A stretch of 60,634 nt of DNA, the filler included, from Asterionella formosa (lineage: Eukaryota): assembly GCA_002256025.1 (NCBI GenBank). It is 6 parts of 6 records of this genome, joined end to end, with 100 filler letters (N's around TTAATTAATTAA, not from the genome) between each part and the next. Parts side by side here need not be neighbours in the genome. Positions count along the whole stretch, not along the records: positions 1 to 10,038 come from NKIB01009946.1; positions 10,139 to 20,173 come from NKIB01009956.1; 4 more parts are not named here. One strand, given 5' to 3'. Positions 1 to 13,200 of the stretch are shown here, piece by piece. Both the position numbers and the translations under genes were made by a program. Each line of letters opens with the position of its first letter. The first letter of the stretch is position 1. The notes below the pieces were generated by a model that was not told where the DNA came from, did no database searches, and saw nothing but the letters and a program-made list of their open reading frames with translations.

Positions 1-529
1 GTGCTGTTGTTATTGGATGTATTCACTTCTGATGGAACATCACTGACGGACACGCCACTTTACCTTCTCTCAAAGTTAAGCTAACGAAAATGAATCGGTA
101 AGTTATATTCGGCAACATTGGAAAGCAACCTGAAACTTACTTATTCAAGAATTTACTGACAATTTACTATTACAGACTTATGCATCACTTGCTTTGATTT
201 GGCTGTGGTAAGTGAAGCAAGCACGAGGATACAATGGAATGGCTTGATGTTGTGTCAGTGTAACATGTCTAGCTAACAATTCATTCCTTCTCGTTGTTAC
301 TGTAGCTGCATAGGACAATAAAACCGATCAAACAACGGAATAGTCGGCGAGTTCAGAATGACACTAACAGCAGGGCAAGAGACGCAACATTAGGAGGCAC
401 TGCCTCACACATGAGTCAGAATAGAGGAAGAAAAGAGCGAGACAAGAACAATACTAAGTGAATAAGAAAAGTTTAGAGTACGCTTTAATAAACTCGACTA
501 AGTGTTGGGTTGGTTGGGCGCACTGGGGC

Positions 530-3500
530 GCGGAGCGCCCACGGAATTCAAGTGTGGTGATCAGATTGTTTCAGAAGGGCAACGGGGTTGGGTGCGGCGA
601 ACTAGGTACTGGGTGATAGTACCCTGCTGGCGCTTGTCGCGTTTAATTCGACTGGTAAGGCGGTACTGGCCAGCTCTATAGGTAGCCAGTCAGGCTTTCA
701 TTTTTGATGGGGTGAGTTGAAGACGTTGAGATAGTGGGAGACCAAAGAGATGGCCCCTCTCATCTATTGGAACTGAAAGGGGGTGTTGATATGCTGCTGT
801 AACAGCGATGACTAATGTGCTGAGTCGTTTTACTGCGGCAGCCTGAACTGTGGCTCCATGGACAAAGTCATTGTGGTCTTGCCATTGGGTGGATGAGAAG
901 GACCGGAAGCTGCGTATCATTGGGCGAGTCCAAGTGGCAGCGTTATAGGGAGTGGAGAAGCGCTGGGTGTTATAATTTGACATTGCATAGCCCCACTGCT
1001 TGGAGATATGCCCGCGAAAGACGTGATGCCACCCGATCTGTGACTGCTGTCGGTGGGCTGCATGAACCGCAGTGGCGAAAGGATCTGTGCTGAGTGGAGG
1101 TGGGAATGGCCAGAGGGTGGGACGACCCTCCTGCCAAGCGACAATACCTGATTCTAGGGCAGTGATAAGAAATGGAGGGGTCTTAAGTTTTTCAACTAGA
1201 ACTTGGCTGACTAAGGCCCAGCTTTTATGCCGGATTGCAGTGGCTGAGGGACACTGAAGAACGTGATCATTGGTTTCGATAGCAGAAGCACATCGTGGGC
1301 ACTGAGGGGTGGGGTGCTGGTGGCGGCAGTGAAGTTGCTTGTAGGTAGGCCATTGGCCATTCACGAGTTTAAACATTGCCAGTTTTCTACCGTAGGGGAG
1401 ATGGTGAAGATCTCGGGAGGAGGATACCCAATCAATAGTGAGAAAGATGTCTTCACTCCAACCATGAGTAGTGTGAAAGTATTGGAGCTGCTTTGGGGCA
1501 TAGTATTTGACGAGAAGAGTGTCTTTGAGGTGGGAGGTGACAGGGACATCCAAGATGGAGAGAGATGCAAATACTTCCGGTGAACAAGGAGAAACAAGTG
1601 GGGATGGACAGTCCATATAGGCTGAGGTGGCTAATGTGTCTGCCTGAATATTGAGTTTTGCTGAGAGAGGTAAACGAGAAAGGGGGACATCGCCAGCGTC
1701 TTGGTGACTCTTCACATGGTGGACTGATAGGTCCACCGGAATAGACGTTAGGACAACCTGAGCTGTATGCACTAAATCCCAATCTGGAAGGTGGCACTCC
1801 TGAATTGAGTAGGAGTGGGTTGTGGAACGGGTAACTAGGGCTTTGTTGTAAATATGGACTTGACCAACTATTGGAGGAGATAAGTGAAGAGAATCATGGA
1901 AGGTGAGAATGGCTCAGAGGGCATGTAGAGCCCCAAGATATCCACAACACTCGGTCCTGAAAGAGGAAAGCGGGATTGCGGTGGGGGCAGTAGTGTTGCA
2001 CCCCTTCAGTTGATTACCACTTTGGAGACCATGTATGCTCCATGAAAAGGACCCATTAGGTTCCCGGACTGAGCCATGAGTTGCGATATCGAAGTTGCTA
2101 TCTAGAAGATCAGCAAGGAAAGAGGAGATATTGGTAGGGAAGGATACTTTGCCTAGATAGTATAGTTCACATGCTGGCAGAAATTTCAGGTATTCAGAAA
2201 TGGTGGAAGGGATAGAGGTAGTAGGAGGGATAACGGGGAGGTGACTGTGATAGGCCTGGATTTGAGGATGAGGGATCCAGGAGGTGACTGTGACGGGGAC
2301 ACTGGATGGAGGGAGAGTGTCGAGGAACTGATTGGAAATGGGAGCAAAGTGCAGATGTATAGTGCGACGGTAAGGAGAGAAAAGGGAGGGATCCTGGTGC
2401 ACACGGCAATAAAGGGTGTTGGTAAGAGGGTCAAGGAGGGGGGGGGGGGGCCCAAGAGGGGTGAGACGGGCCAGCAGGATACCATTCCTTAACGCGATGC
2501 TCAGGGCGGAGGTGTGGGGACCGTTTCCTGATTGTGTACAAATAGGCCAGGATGCGACGACAAATTGTCCAGCTGGACTGACAGAGACGGGATTGTTTGG
2601 GCCATTGGAGGGTCGAGCGGCGAGAGCTCTTGTTTCCAGCACAGGCGTCTGAGGTGATCGAGCGTTCTGAGCTGTCAACTAGGTCGGAAAGAGTGAGGAC
2701 CTGAAGATATAGTCGGCATCGATTAAACTTAACAATGTCCGCTTTGGAGAAAATGGGAGTGTTTAGCAGAGCAGAAACTGCTGGCATTAGAAAGTTGTCA
2801 TTCAATCTGTCTAGGGGAAGGACCCACGGGTCTATTAATGTAACCTTGCCCTGCACCCCCTGGAGAAACGACCAGGTGGTGGTCACCCAGGAAGGCTCGA
2901 CATACTGCTCAATCAGGGAGTACTAAGGATATGTTAATGGAGGTTGAGGAAAGCCAAGGTGAAGTTGCAAAGTATCAATAGTGATGCAGAGGAGACATCC
3001 CACATTGTCTGCGGCGCACAAATGCCCTAAGAGATATGAAAGGTGATGGGTGCCTTGCATTACCCACAGTTCCGGGATCTGAAAGCCACTATGGAAAGAA
3101 GAACCGAAGATTATGGCGCGGGCAGTGGTTCGAGCGATGCCCATTTTAGAGAGAAATGTACTGACATAGGCTGTCTGGATTTGCGTACACTGAAGTTGTG
3201 TGAAGGATGTAGCAGAGAGAGTATATGAGATAGCTGGACTCCACATTGCACTGAATGCGGTGTAGACTTCTGTTCTTGTGAGTGGTGTAAGGGAGATATT
3301 TGATGCCCATTTTTTGCTTGGGTGAGACGAAAATGAAATTCTTGATGAAACCAGCCATCAGGGGCTACTCTGACGCCAAGAGAGCGTTTTCCTGTGTGAC
3401 ATTCTATTCATGGGATTGGAAAGGAAAGAGAAGATCTTCCGGAAGTCATATTGAGAGTCAAATGGGGGGAGGCTGAGTTTGGTTGAAGGGAGGGGCACCC

Positions 3501-3690
3501 ATGGCGATCCCAGGTCCAGTCCATTAAGTAGAAGAAACATTTTTGCAGGGACAGAGCGCCACCACCAGCATACAGAAGGCGCTCCCAATGCTGTGCAACT
3601 TCTGCCAACAGGAACAATATACATTGAGCCAAGTAGAGAGAGAAACGTTGAGTCACTGGCCTGTAGAATCATAGATAGCATTGCTAAATT
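530..3690 (-). mobile_element. Degenerate non-LTR retrotransposon (Ambal-like LINE), 3' half of ORF2: RT C-terminus, RNase H and C-terminal Cys/His finger; frameshifted
   Basis: Collinear minus-strand ORF pieces: AQHWERLLYAGGGALSLQKCFFYLMDW (end of RT); FNRCRLYLQVLTLSDL; RNase H-like IATHGSV..GSFSW..SSFRTECCGYLGAL and HVKSHQD..LNIQADTLA; CPRC..ETNDHVLQC; QSQIGWHHVFRGHISKQW. The 'Ambal-like' clade call is from recall of diatom LINEs. Boundaries are approximate. Confidence 0.8.
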
Positions 3691-4129
3691 TCATAGTTAA
3701 ATTACAATTCATTTCAATCCTTTTTGAACAATGATTGTGATTAGAATTATGATCATGTTTAAGATAGATATATGATGAAACAATTCGCATGATAGCATAG
3801 AGTTTAGCTGATTTTAGGATGGGTTGTAGTAATAATTTACTTTTGATGATCACAAGAAATGAAAATAATATGAGAAGGTTTATGATATTGATGAGAAATG
3901 TTGTTGATCAGTTGCTATACATTGTGTGATGATAATGTCCTTATCATCATTCTACTTCAAGGTCGGTAAAATATTAATAAATCATCATAGTTGTAGGATA
4001 ACTTGATCATAGTTTTGATCCAAAAATTATCATAAATACGAAAATCCTGTGCCACCTACTAGCGTACGATACCCTTGATCCTATATGCATGACACTTTTT
4101 ATTTGCAGATGTGACTAACTCTTCAGAAA

Positions 4130-5500
4130 TATGTCATCATCTGCTTAAAACAAAACAGTGATCATTTCGCACAGGAGGCGGAAACGAGGTTTGTAAATGG
4201 AATCTTCAGTCAATATCTGCACCAATTGCTTCGGAACCAACCCTTGCCGACTTTCAGAAAAGCTTTAAAACAGTGGCGGAAAAAACTTCCTCATCTCCTA
4301 GTAGTGGGAGACACTTAGGGCCCTACAAAGCAAGCAGCCCTTCAAGATGACAATATATGCATGGTATATGCCACACTTATGTCAATTCCCTTTGAGTTCG
4401 GTTTCACACTGAATCGATGGCTTTATGCACTGCAGATTCTGCTGAAGAAAGTCAGAGGCACACCACGAATTGAGAAACTTCGGGTTACACAGCAAATGAA
4501 GGCTGACCTCCACATGATGTTAAGGGTTCTTTTTGGATGGCGATTGATTCATTGACCAGAAGATAATAAGACCATCTTGAATCTGCAATAGGAATCACGT
4601 CCTCCTAATAGGTCTTCCATGGATGCAAAACTTATGAAGAGATTAACTTATGATGGCATTCATATACTTCGAAAGGTCGCTTGTTGCCATCATCTTCAAC
4701 AATGATGGCAAAGCAGCATTTGATTGAATGGTCCCATCCATTGGAGGATTGCGCTCCATAGACTGGGGGCTAATAAGCATGCTGTTGACAGGTTATTGGG
4801 TACTTTATAGAAGATGTCACACCGCATTTGCACAGTAATGGGGATATTCAAAGATTCTTATTCCAACATGCAAAACTGGGTACTTGGCACTCTTCAAGGA
4901 TCTGGCGCATCTACCACCCTTTGGTTGTCAATGACATGCATCCTTCTGGGAGCCATCTCTGAAAGATCCAGGGGTATCCATTTCGCCAATCTATGTAATA
5001 CGCTTCAACTCCAATTGTGAAGCAGAAACATATGTGGACGATACTGAATTATTTCTCACCTCCAATAGCCGTAATATCCAATAACTGGCTCGTGAAATGC
5101 AATCTACCGCTCAGTTCTGGGAGCAGCTCCTCTACACCACTAGGGTCGCATTGGCCCTCGAGAAATGCTTTTATGTAGTGGTAGCCATATGGCCACATCC
5201 TCAGGATTCCCCTTCCTCAAAGAAGGCATGAACACTATGGCGTAAAATTCTAGCTAGGCCTCACACTGATCAATTGACAAGCGGAAGACTTCGTATTCCC
5301 TGAGAAACTGGCTTCACCTTCCAATACATCAGAAACGGAAATACTTCTTTGATCCATCTCAACAGAGTCTCATCGAAGAAATGGAGAGTGGGATGTACAA
5401 GGTCCACAAACAAGCCCAAACAGTTTGTACCTTCCACACGAACCCGCCACCACAGTGAGTGTGCTAACCACTAGCTAAGCCATTCCCCCAGATACAAAAC
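4130..5500 (+). mobile_element. Degenerate LINE reverse-transcriptase fragment (separate copy, opposite orientation)
   Basis: LKKVRGTPRIEKLRV..ADL, GTLQGSGASTTLW, YVDDTEL (~5030) and AQFWEQLLYT..ALALEKCFY (~5110-5180), the last homologous to the minus-strand copy. Many stops and frameshifts. Confidence 0.75.
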
Positions 5501-6559
5501 TGATAGTGCACAGACAACCATCATATCCACAAGCTCAGCTCATTATGTATTAATCATTTTTATAGCGCATTCTTACTATTCTATTTCTAGAGTTGCAGTC
5601 ATTGCGCTCCATGGCCCATATAAAGTGGGGAGGTGGAAAGGGTTGGTTGGTAGTCACTTCCTCATGTGGGAGTAGTTTAAAACAAATTGTGGCAGCTTTG
5701 TTCCTGGTTCTGTTCTCTATGACTGCACTTTTTGTGTCAGCCAGAGAATAGGATGGTTAGTGTGGATTGGGTTAAAGATTTCCCGGTTGGCCCCAATTCT
5801 GGTGATTGAATTTGAAGTCTACATAACTATTGGTGATTCTAGGGCTTCCAACTCATTGTTTTTTGTCATTGTCTTCATTATCACCAAATTATTGCTTTGA
5901 GCAACCCATCCCGCTCAGGCGCAATTTCTTCATCAGTGGCTTCTTCATTTCTCTGCCTTTTTCTTTACTCTTGTTAATTTTTTGCATATTGCAAGTCTTG
6001 TATTCTTCTGCTTCTTGCACTATAATAGCGCTTAGTGTAAAGAAAGAGTTATTAAGCTTCTTCATTTCTTTTCTCTTGTTAATGTCATTGCCTGGTTCTT
6101 CTTCTGTTTGCGTTGCGTTAATTCCATTGCTGTGAACTTCCTAACTGTGTGTAGCATTTGTGGAAAACGCCAAATCAAGCAACATCCATGCAATCGCTGG
6201 TTTTCACCACTCCTGCATTAATCTTTGTTTTCTTTTCCATCTCCTCCTCTTCCTGCATTCTCTTTCTGTCGGATTTCATTACCATCTTATGGTTATGTCC
6301 CACTTGTATGTTTTGTTTTTCTTTGCCTGGTTGGCCGCTTGGATAGCGCCTTTCGTCATGGTGAATCAGTCGTTTTTAGGATTTATTAACTATCGGCACC
6401 CGGATGTCCCTGTAGCTTATGTACCACTAGATTCTGTGATCAGCGCTGTAGTACCATAGTAGTCTTTCTTAAACTCGCCTTTATACTTGGCAAAAAAGTG
6501 TAAAAATTTCAGCTCGTTAATACAGTAGATGTATACATAAACAATTACCTCTCCCTTTG

Positions 6560-7480
6560 CAGCATGCGATTGGGGACTGTCATTTCCCCCCACAGTTGTC
6601 AGAATTCACATAGATGGTTCTTCAAGGTCACGTGGTGATGGCGTCAAATGGTTCTGTCCTCAGGGCAATGGATGCAGCTCAGGGCTAGAAACTCTACAAT
6701 CATACTACCCAATTAAGTGCATATGGACATGGATGGGTTACTGGAGGCGGAAATCACATCTCATCATTGCGTGCAGAGGTTGGTGGTTTTTGGGAGGGGT
6801 GGTAGCCCTAGACACCATGTTGACTCTTCATTCCCCTGCAGCTCAAGAAAATCCTTCGTTTTCCCTAGATCTGTACCTTGACAACAAGGCTCTTGTCACC
6901 AGGATTAATTCATGGTCAACTCAAGGTCCTTCAACAACCCTGGCTTCAGATTATGGCTTACTGAATTCGGCCATGACCATTGTGGCAAAACATCACATTT
7001 CCCTGGTTCCATATCATGTGAAATCCCACTAGGATCAGGAGTTCGAGTACCACAATCTACCGTGGCAGACGAAATTGAACTGTGATGTTGATTAACTTGC
7101 TTCACAAGCACACCAGAATACCAGCACCAAAGTTCAACTAGGCTCCCTCCTGGTCACGGGGTCACATTATTCCTGGATGAGAAATGGATCACCAGCCATC
7201 ACTTCGTGGCCATTTGCGAGGCCAACTACCGCGAATCGGTACAAAAATAGATCATTTACCGCACCGACTGTGATACCAACAAAGTATATGATATGGATGT
7301 CTGGCCCACCCAAACATCATGGGCTGGAGACCAGGTCCCCTGCAGCCAATGCATTGCTGTCTTTAAACTAGAGTTTGACTTATTTGCAACAATGAAGCGA
7401 CGGAAGCAAAGTGAACCTGTAATCGACGGTCTCTGTCCCTGATGTGGCAGTTTTAATAAAGTTTTAAATCATGTGGCTGG
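6560..7480 (+). mobile_element. Degenerate LINE RNase H to C-terminal fragment
   Basis: LYLDNKALV..ASDYGLL..YHVKSH*DQ..LPWQTKLNCDVD*LAS, and a CP*C finger remnant at ~7434. Same motifs as the 690-2678 copy. Confidence 0.7.
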
Positions 7481-7944
7481 TTTGCTGCCAAAACACATTC
7501 TAGTTAACTTCATTTATTAAGCGCCATAAAACTACTCAAGTGTTAGCAGGGTAGCCCGTGTGGCGCTTCCTGGCATTAACAGCCTAGGTTGTATAAAATC
7601 TTAACCTACCCAGTATCAACCCAACAAAAGTGCTGACTTTGGGCGCTGCAAGGTGGGGAAAGGGTGGATACAGTCTCACAAATGAGAGTAGTGGAAATTA
7701 TGTGTGTTGCAAATGCCATGATATTCTGGCACTGGTGAGTTAATCTGTCCTCACATCTTGATGACTGAGGAGAAGGCAGATGGCTTTGTTTGATCTTTTA
7801 ATGAGGAATTTATTTTCCTCCCATTGGTTTGCCTTGCCTTTTGTATTATGTATGGCAGACTCTGGTAATATTGTACAGCTTTAGTATCTGCTTGGATCAA
7901 AATGAAACATGGTGACATGATCATCATGACTTTTCTTGAATGAA

Positions 7945-8405
7945 TAATGCATCTTCTTCCAGCCATTTTGTCAAGCTCCTTGAGTTTCTTGCTGTTTCTG
8001 TTGATTCTTTCATGTGTTTTAGCTGACTCATTGCATATGCTGTAGTTGTTGTGTAGCTCAAAGCGCCAGTGCAGACCAGATTCCGATGCCAGTACATCGC
8101 CAAATGTGCTCTTCAATTGAACGATGCATGTTGTTGCATTCCATTCATTTTCATCAAGTTCCTTGAGTTTCTTGTTGTTTCTGTTGATTCTTTCTTGTGT
8201 TTGTAGCTCATGGCGTACGCTGCAATAATTGTGTAGTTCAAAGCGCTAGTGGATCCCTGATTCCGAAGCCACTATATCGACAAATACGCTTTTTAATTGA
8301 ATGATACATTTTGTTGCATTCCATTCATTTTCGTCGAACTCCTTGAGTTTCTTGTTGTTTCTGTTGATTCTTTCATATGTTTGCAGCTCATTGCATACAG
8401 TGTAG
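7945..8405 (-). repeat. ~180-bp tandem repeat (~2.5 copies) that reads as a ~60-aa peptide repeat on the minus strand
   Basis: CCTTGAGTTTCTTGyTGTTTCTGTTGATTCTTTC recurs at ~7978, ~8161 and ~8341. ORFs 8246..8467 and 7751..8116 share a frame and both contain ERINRN.KKLKE.D. Confidence 0.85.
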
Positions 8406-8589
8406 AGAGTGGGTAGCAAGAGAGGTCTGACTTGTTGGCGCGGCTGTAAATATATATGGCCCTCCATGGTGAGAGGAGGTGCTTACCAGTGCTAGTAGGA
8501 TCGCTGTGATAGTACTAGTTTAGATTATTTTGTTTACATTTAGATGCCTTCAGGTTTTGTCGACATCCACGATTGGATAGCATCGACTG

Positions 8590-9420
8590 CACTTTCCTCA
8601 AAGTTCCATTCTCGGTACGCTTGATGGTAAGCGATTCTCTGGAAGACTCAATAATATCCTTCCATTCCTCTTGTGCAAATCGCGGCGACACTCGCAGCAT
8701 GGTCAAAATGACTAGAGCGTCCTCGTGTTGACCCATGGCAACTAACCACCGTGGCGAGAATAAGTGTGACAAAACACATTGCCAGATCTGCAGCAGGCCT
8801 GGAATGCATTCACCACAGTTGCAAAAGGCCCCCCAGACCACATGTCACTTTTTCATTCATGCTTTCTGCAGGGTATGGCATCATGGATAGAGGGACAGCA
8901 TGTCACTTGGGAAGGACCAATTCCCCAGGTCGACAACAAGGTTGGTCAACTCACATTCGAAGCCTTTCTCAACCAGCAAGATATCGGTTGGGACCAGGCT
9001 TTCCGTGGTAGAATTAGCCACCAATGGGGCAAAGCGAATACAAAGCATTGCCAGATCTGCGGCTTTCCTACAGACATTACTTGTGACATCCAATGTTCCT
9101 CTAAATTGATCAATGAAAAATTTATGGAGGTTAAGTATTGACTGCTGGAATGCCCGAAATAGCTTTTTGTATGAAGAATCCGATGATGAACAGATTGCCA
9201 TGTTAAGCATGGAGGTCTACAAAACTATTACAAAGTATTACAGCCATTCTGATCGAGAACACCCCGATGACAGATCATTATTCCTCCTTCCTGGCATGGT
9301 TCGAATTAAACATCATACACTGAGACAGGAATTGCTGTGGATTAAAACAGTTGAAACATAGTTACGGGCGTGGGACAATACTTAGACATCAATACAAGGC
9401 AAAGGACCTTGGCTCCGCCT
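8590..9420 (+). mobile_element. Degenerate LINE ORF2 C-terminal fragment
   Basis: LNQQDIGWDQAFRGRISHQWGKA and LWRLSIDCWNARNSFLY match the C-terminal block of the 690..1772 ORF (QSQIGWHHVFRGHISKQWGYA..QWQDHNDFVH). Frameshifted. Confidence 0.7.
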
Positions 9421-10038
9421 CACCATACAATGGGAAATTTTAGATCGCCGCCGCCCCCGCATACGCTTTCGCCCACCATAGGCTTTCTTTCTCTACTTGT
9501 TTCTCTCTTCTGTGGGCACCAATGCGATTATTAGTTAGTTTTAACCTGCTTTAACAATTGTTCCCCCCCCCCCTGTGGTGACTCGTTCAACCTTTGTGCT
9601 GATGCGTCTCCATTTCTTCGAAACCTTTTTGCTGCTTGGGGTCAATTCTTAGCCTATTGTTGTCATCTTTCGTCTCCCCCTTATTCCGGGCAAGAGTTGT
9701 TGAATAGCCAAAGATGTGCGCTTTTCCATAGTTATGTTCAGTAGTGACCTCTTCGAGATCAATCATTGAAACATTGCTTGCTCCCGTTTTACGAATCAGA
9801 GATAAATCGCTGAACGTAGATACCGATTTGTTGTTGAGATTAAGGGTATTGCAGTTTGCAGTTGCTGTCGTTGAGGAGCGAGCTGTCCGCCATGGTGGGG
9901 AGGAGGTGCATACCATTTGGTCAACACACTACCTACTAGGATTGGATCGCTCCAGCTGGAGGGATAGAGATAGTACTAGAGCCTACCATGAAACAGAGGA
10001 CTAGAGCAGCAGACTACACAGCTTTACGAGCAAGAAGA

Positions 10039-10138
10039 NNNNNNNNNNNNNNNNNNNNNNNNNNNNNNNNNNNNNNNNNNNNTTAATTAATTAANNNNNN
10101 NNNNNNNNNNNNNNNNNNNNNNNNNNNNNNNNNNNNNN
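10039..10138. other. Artificial contig-joining linker N44-TTAATTAATTAA-N44
   Basis: Identical 100-nt structure at five places; the 12-mer gives stops in all six frames. Confidence 0.98.
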
Positions 10139-10561
10139 ATGATTTCGGACCCACAGTGATGGGTGAATGTACTTGGAAAGGCATGAAACAATGACAGCTT
10201 TGCCCATTGTTGTCAAATTTCGTTTTCACACCATCCTGCAAAGATATTTTTGAGATTTTTTTGGCAGGCAGACTTCTCATGTATCTGGATTTGTAAACCT
10301 ATGTAAGCTTGTTTTCATGGATACTTCCAGAAGTCTACAGTTCTTTAGATTTAGATTAACTTTTCAGAAATGAAATATTTATTGAATTGAGCCAGGGGCA
10401 AGGGATTGAAAACCCAGACTGAATCCAGTCTATTAGACTGAAATTAGCCTAGCCGGAAAGAATCCGAAAGTAAAAATCTTTCGTCCATTCCAATTGCATT
10501 TTCTAATGTATACCCGTAGACTACAAGTACATCATCCCCGCTCGCAACCAGCAACATCACC

Positions 10562-12230
10562 ATGACAAGCCATACTGGTATCAGTGCTACCGGTAGTGAC
10601 GCTTCTAGCAGTGTCGCAAACGACGAGTTTGTAGAGGCTTACATGAACTACATTGACCAACATGCCGCCTTGTATCAAGAACGTCTCGCCCAAGCTGTGG
10701 CAATTCCATCCGTCTCGGCTGAGTTGGACCTACACTTGAGCGACATTTGTACCATGATGGAATGGACCAAAGATCACATTCTGCGTCTGAGCGGAGCTGC
10801 CGAACTTCGAGCGAATCCGGCCTCTACAGTGGACCGTCCATTGCCGCCCATTTTGGCGGGAGAATTTCAATCCTCAGACAAGAACGCAAAGACGGTTTGT
10901 GTCTATGGCCACTTAGATGTACAACCAGCGTCCATGGACGGATGGGACAGTCCGCCATTTGTACTCACAGAACGAGATGGGAAGCTCTATGGCCGAGGAA
11001 GCACAGATGACAAGGGACCTGCCCTGTCGTGGTTGTGGGTCGTGGAAGCGCATCAGGCATTGGGCATGCCACTGCCAGTCAATATCAAAATTGTATATGA
11101 GGGAATGGAAGAAAGTGGGAGTGACGGACTATTTGAATGGATTCAAAGCGAGGCAACTCAATTTCTGAAAGATGTAGATTTCTTCTGTATTAGTGACAAT
11201 TATTGGTTGGGCAAGACGAAACCATGTGTCACCTACGGACTTCGTGGTATGGCATACTTTCAACTTGCGGTGCAAGGAGCGCATCAGGATTTGCATTCAG
11301 GATCCTTTGGAGGATCAGTTCATGAAGGAATGACTGATTTGATCAAACTCATGGGGACTCTCGTTGATACAGATGGGACAATTCTTGTCGATGGGATTAT
11401 GGACGATGTCAAACTTTTGACAGCAGAAGAAGAAGCTTTGTACGAAAATCTTGATTTTAATGTGGAAGAATACAAGGATGAAGTCAAAATCTTTTCTGAA
11501 AAATTATTGTTCGACAACAAGAAAGACATCCTTTTGCATCGTTGGAGGTACCCTACATTGAGTTTGCATGGCATTGAGGGAGCTTTCTCGGGGCCTGGAG
11601 CCAAGACTGTGATTCCAGCCAAGGTCACGGGAAAATTCAGCTTGCGATTGGTTCCTCATCAAGACCCCCAAAAAATTGAAGCTTTGGTCAAGGATCACAT
11701 TGAGAAAGAGTTCCAAAAGGTAAGGAGACAAACCAAATTTTTCCATTCAGCACATATTAATTCTTTCTCACAAACCTCCAATGACTCCCATCACTCCAAT
11801 ATTCAAGTTGAATTCTCCCAACAAGATGGAGTTATCTATGCTCCACGGCGCAAAGGCTTGGGTATCAGATCCTCATCATCCCAACTACCAAGCAGCATGC
11901 AAGGCAATTGAACGTGTCTTTGGTCAAGCACCTGACATGACTCGTGAAGGTGGATCTATTCCCATTGCTGGAGCAATAGAAGATGCTACTGGTATGAATG
12001 TGTTGCTTCTTCCAGTAGGGGCGTGTGATGACATGGCACACTCACAAAATGAAAAGTATAATAAACTCAACATGATGAATGCCATCAAGGTGCTGGGTCT
12101 ATATTTACATGAAATTGCAAAAATTCCAGGTCCTAAGCCAAGTGATTGTCGATGTGTTCCCCTGACGCCTGATGAACTCATGGTTCCTGGAGCCTTTATG
12201 AGGGGATTCAAGTGCAAGTGTGAAATGTAG
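10562..12230 (+). CDS. CNDP2: Cytosolic non-specific dipeptidase (M20A, CNDP2/Dug1-type); exons 10562-11719 and 11808-12230
   Basis: VYGHLDVQPA, GRGSTDDKGP, EGMEESGS, DLHSG, WRYPTLSLHGIEG, REGGSIP, AHSQNEK. GT-AG intron 11720-11807 joins KEFQK|LNSPNKM in frame. Confidence 0.93.
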
Positions 12231-13200
12231 ATTTTAGAAAATATTTTCCATGCTTCATAAATATATTCCTATAGAGTATTGCAATACAGTATTCATATCC
12301 ATTGAGAATGCCTATGAATGCTATCAATGCATCCCAGCATCAGCCTACAGTGCTTGAAAGTAAACTAGGAAACTGCTGGTAGTTCAAATGAAAAATTATC
12401 TAAGTTATATTGAGTGCAAACACCTAATATCATTATTTTCTTCTTCAGATGTTGGAGGATGACAAAAAAGATGGCTAGATTTTCTGGAAGATCATATATT
12501 TAAAAAAAGCCAAACTGCCACAAAATTGCTTCAATGCAGTATACTGCAGGTAATAATTGTCCTTCTGTGAAGAATATATTAGTAATGTGATCCTCTTAAG
12601 AATTTGTCAATGATTGGCTCTCTTGCTCCAAGAACTACTAGGTCTACAAGGCCTGACATGTCCCTTAATCTAAAAATATATTACCAATATAGTCTGTATG
12701 ATTCTGAAATAATATTAGTGAGAGTAATGTGAATCAGCCATGTTGTGTGCTGATAATCTGAAGCTAATAATACACATGTGGTCTAAAAGTATATTGTATT
12801 TCATGTTCTTATATTTCTTCTGTTTTTTCATTTAATAATCAATAAAACATCACCATTGCGCAAAGTGCGCATGAGGGAGTTCGCATCCTGGAAAGTGTGC
12901 TTTGCATATGTACACTGTGGTATGCATGATGATGCCACCAGGGCGGTGCACCGGAATCGTATGTCCTGCTACTTATTTTCAGTACAGAATTTGATGTCGA
13001 TATCAATTCAATCCTCTTCAGTTTTGCCCATCATCGCTTATCATTAGGATTCACACAACTTTTAATGAATATTTTAGCATATAGCAATACACTCAACAAA
13101 GCGAAGGAGAGATAACGTGTGAGCTTTTGTCGATCCTATTTTCATTGCAGCATATGAAGTAAAGAAGATATTTATTAGTTTGCGAAATAATCATTTAAGC

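Noticed and set aside
3690..4060. AT-rich GATCAT/TGATAAT-rich stretch between LINE fragments
   Set aside because: It may be part of a non-autonomous DNA element, but I could not define ends, a period or a TSD.
8246..8248. TAG read-through or alternative genetic code
   Set aside because: Intact genes here (CNDP2, PCCB) end at TAG, so a single nonsense mutation is the simpler explanation.
12213..12230. CaaX prenylation signal on CNDP2
   Set aside because: The protein ends CKCEM; neither Cys is at position -4, so it is not a canonical CaaX box.
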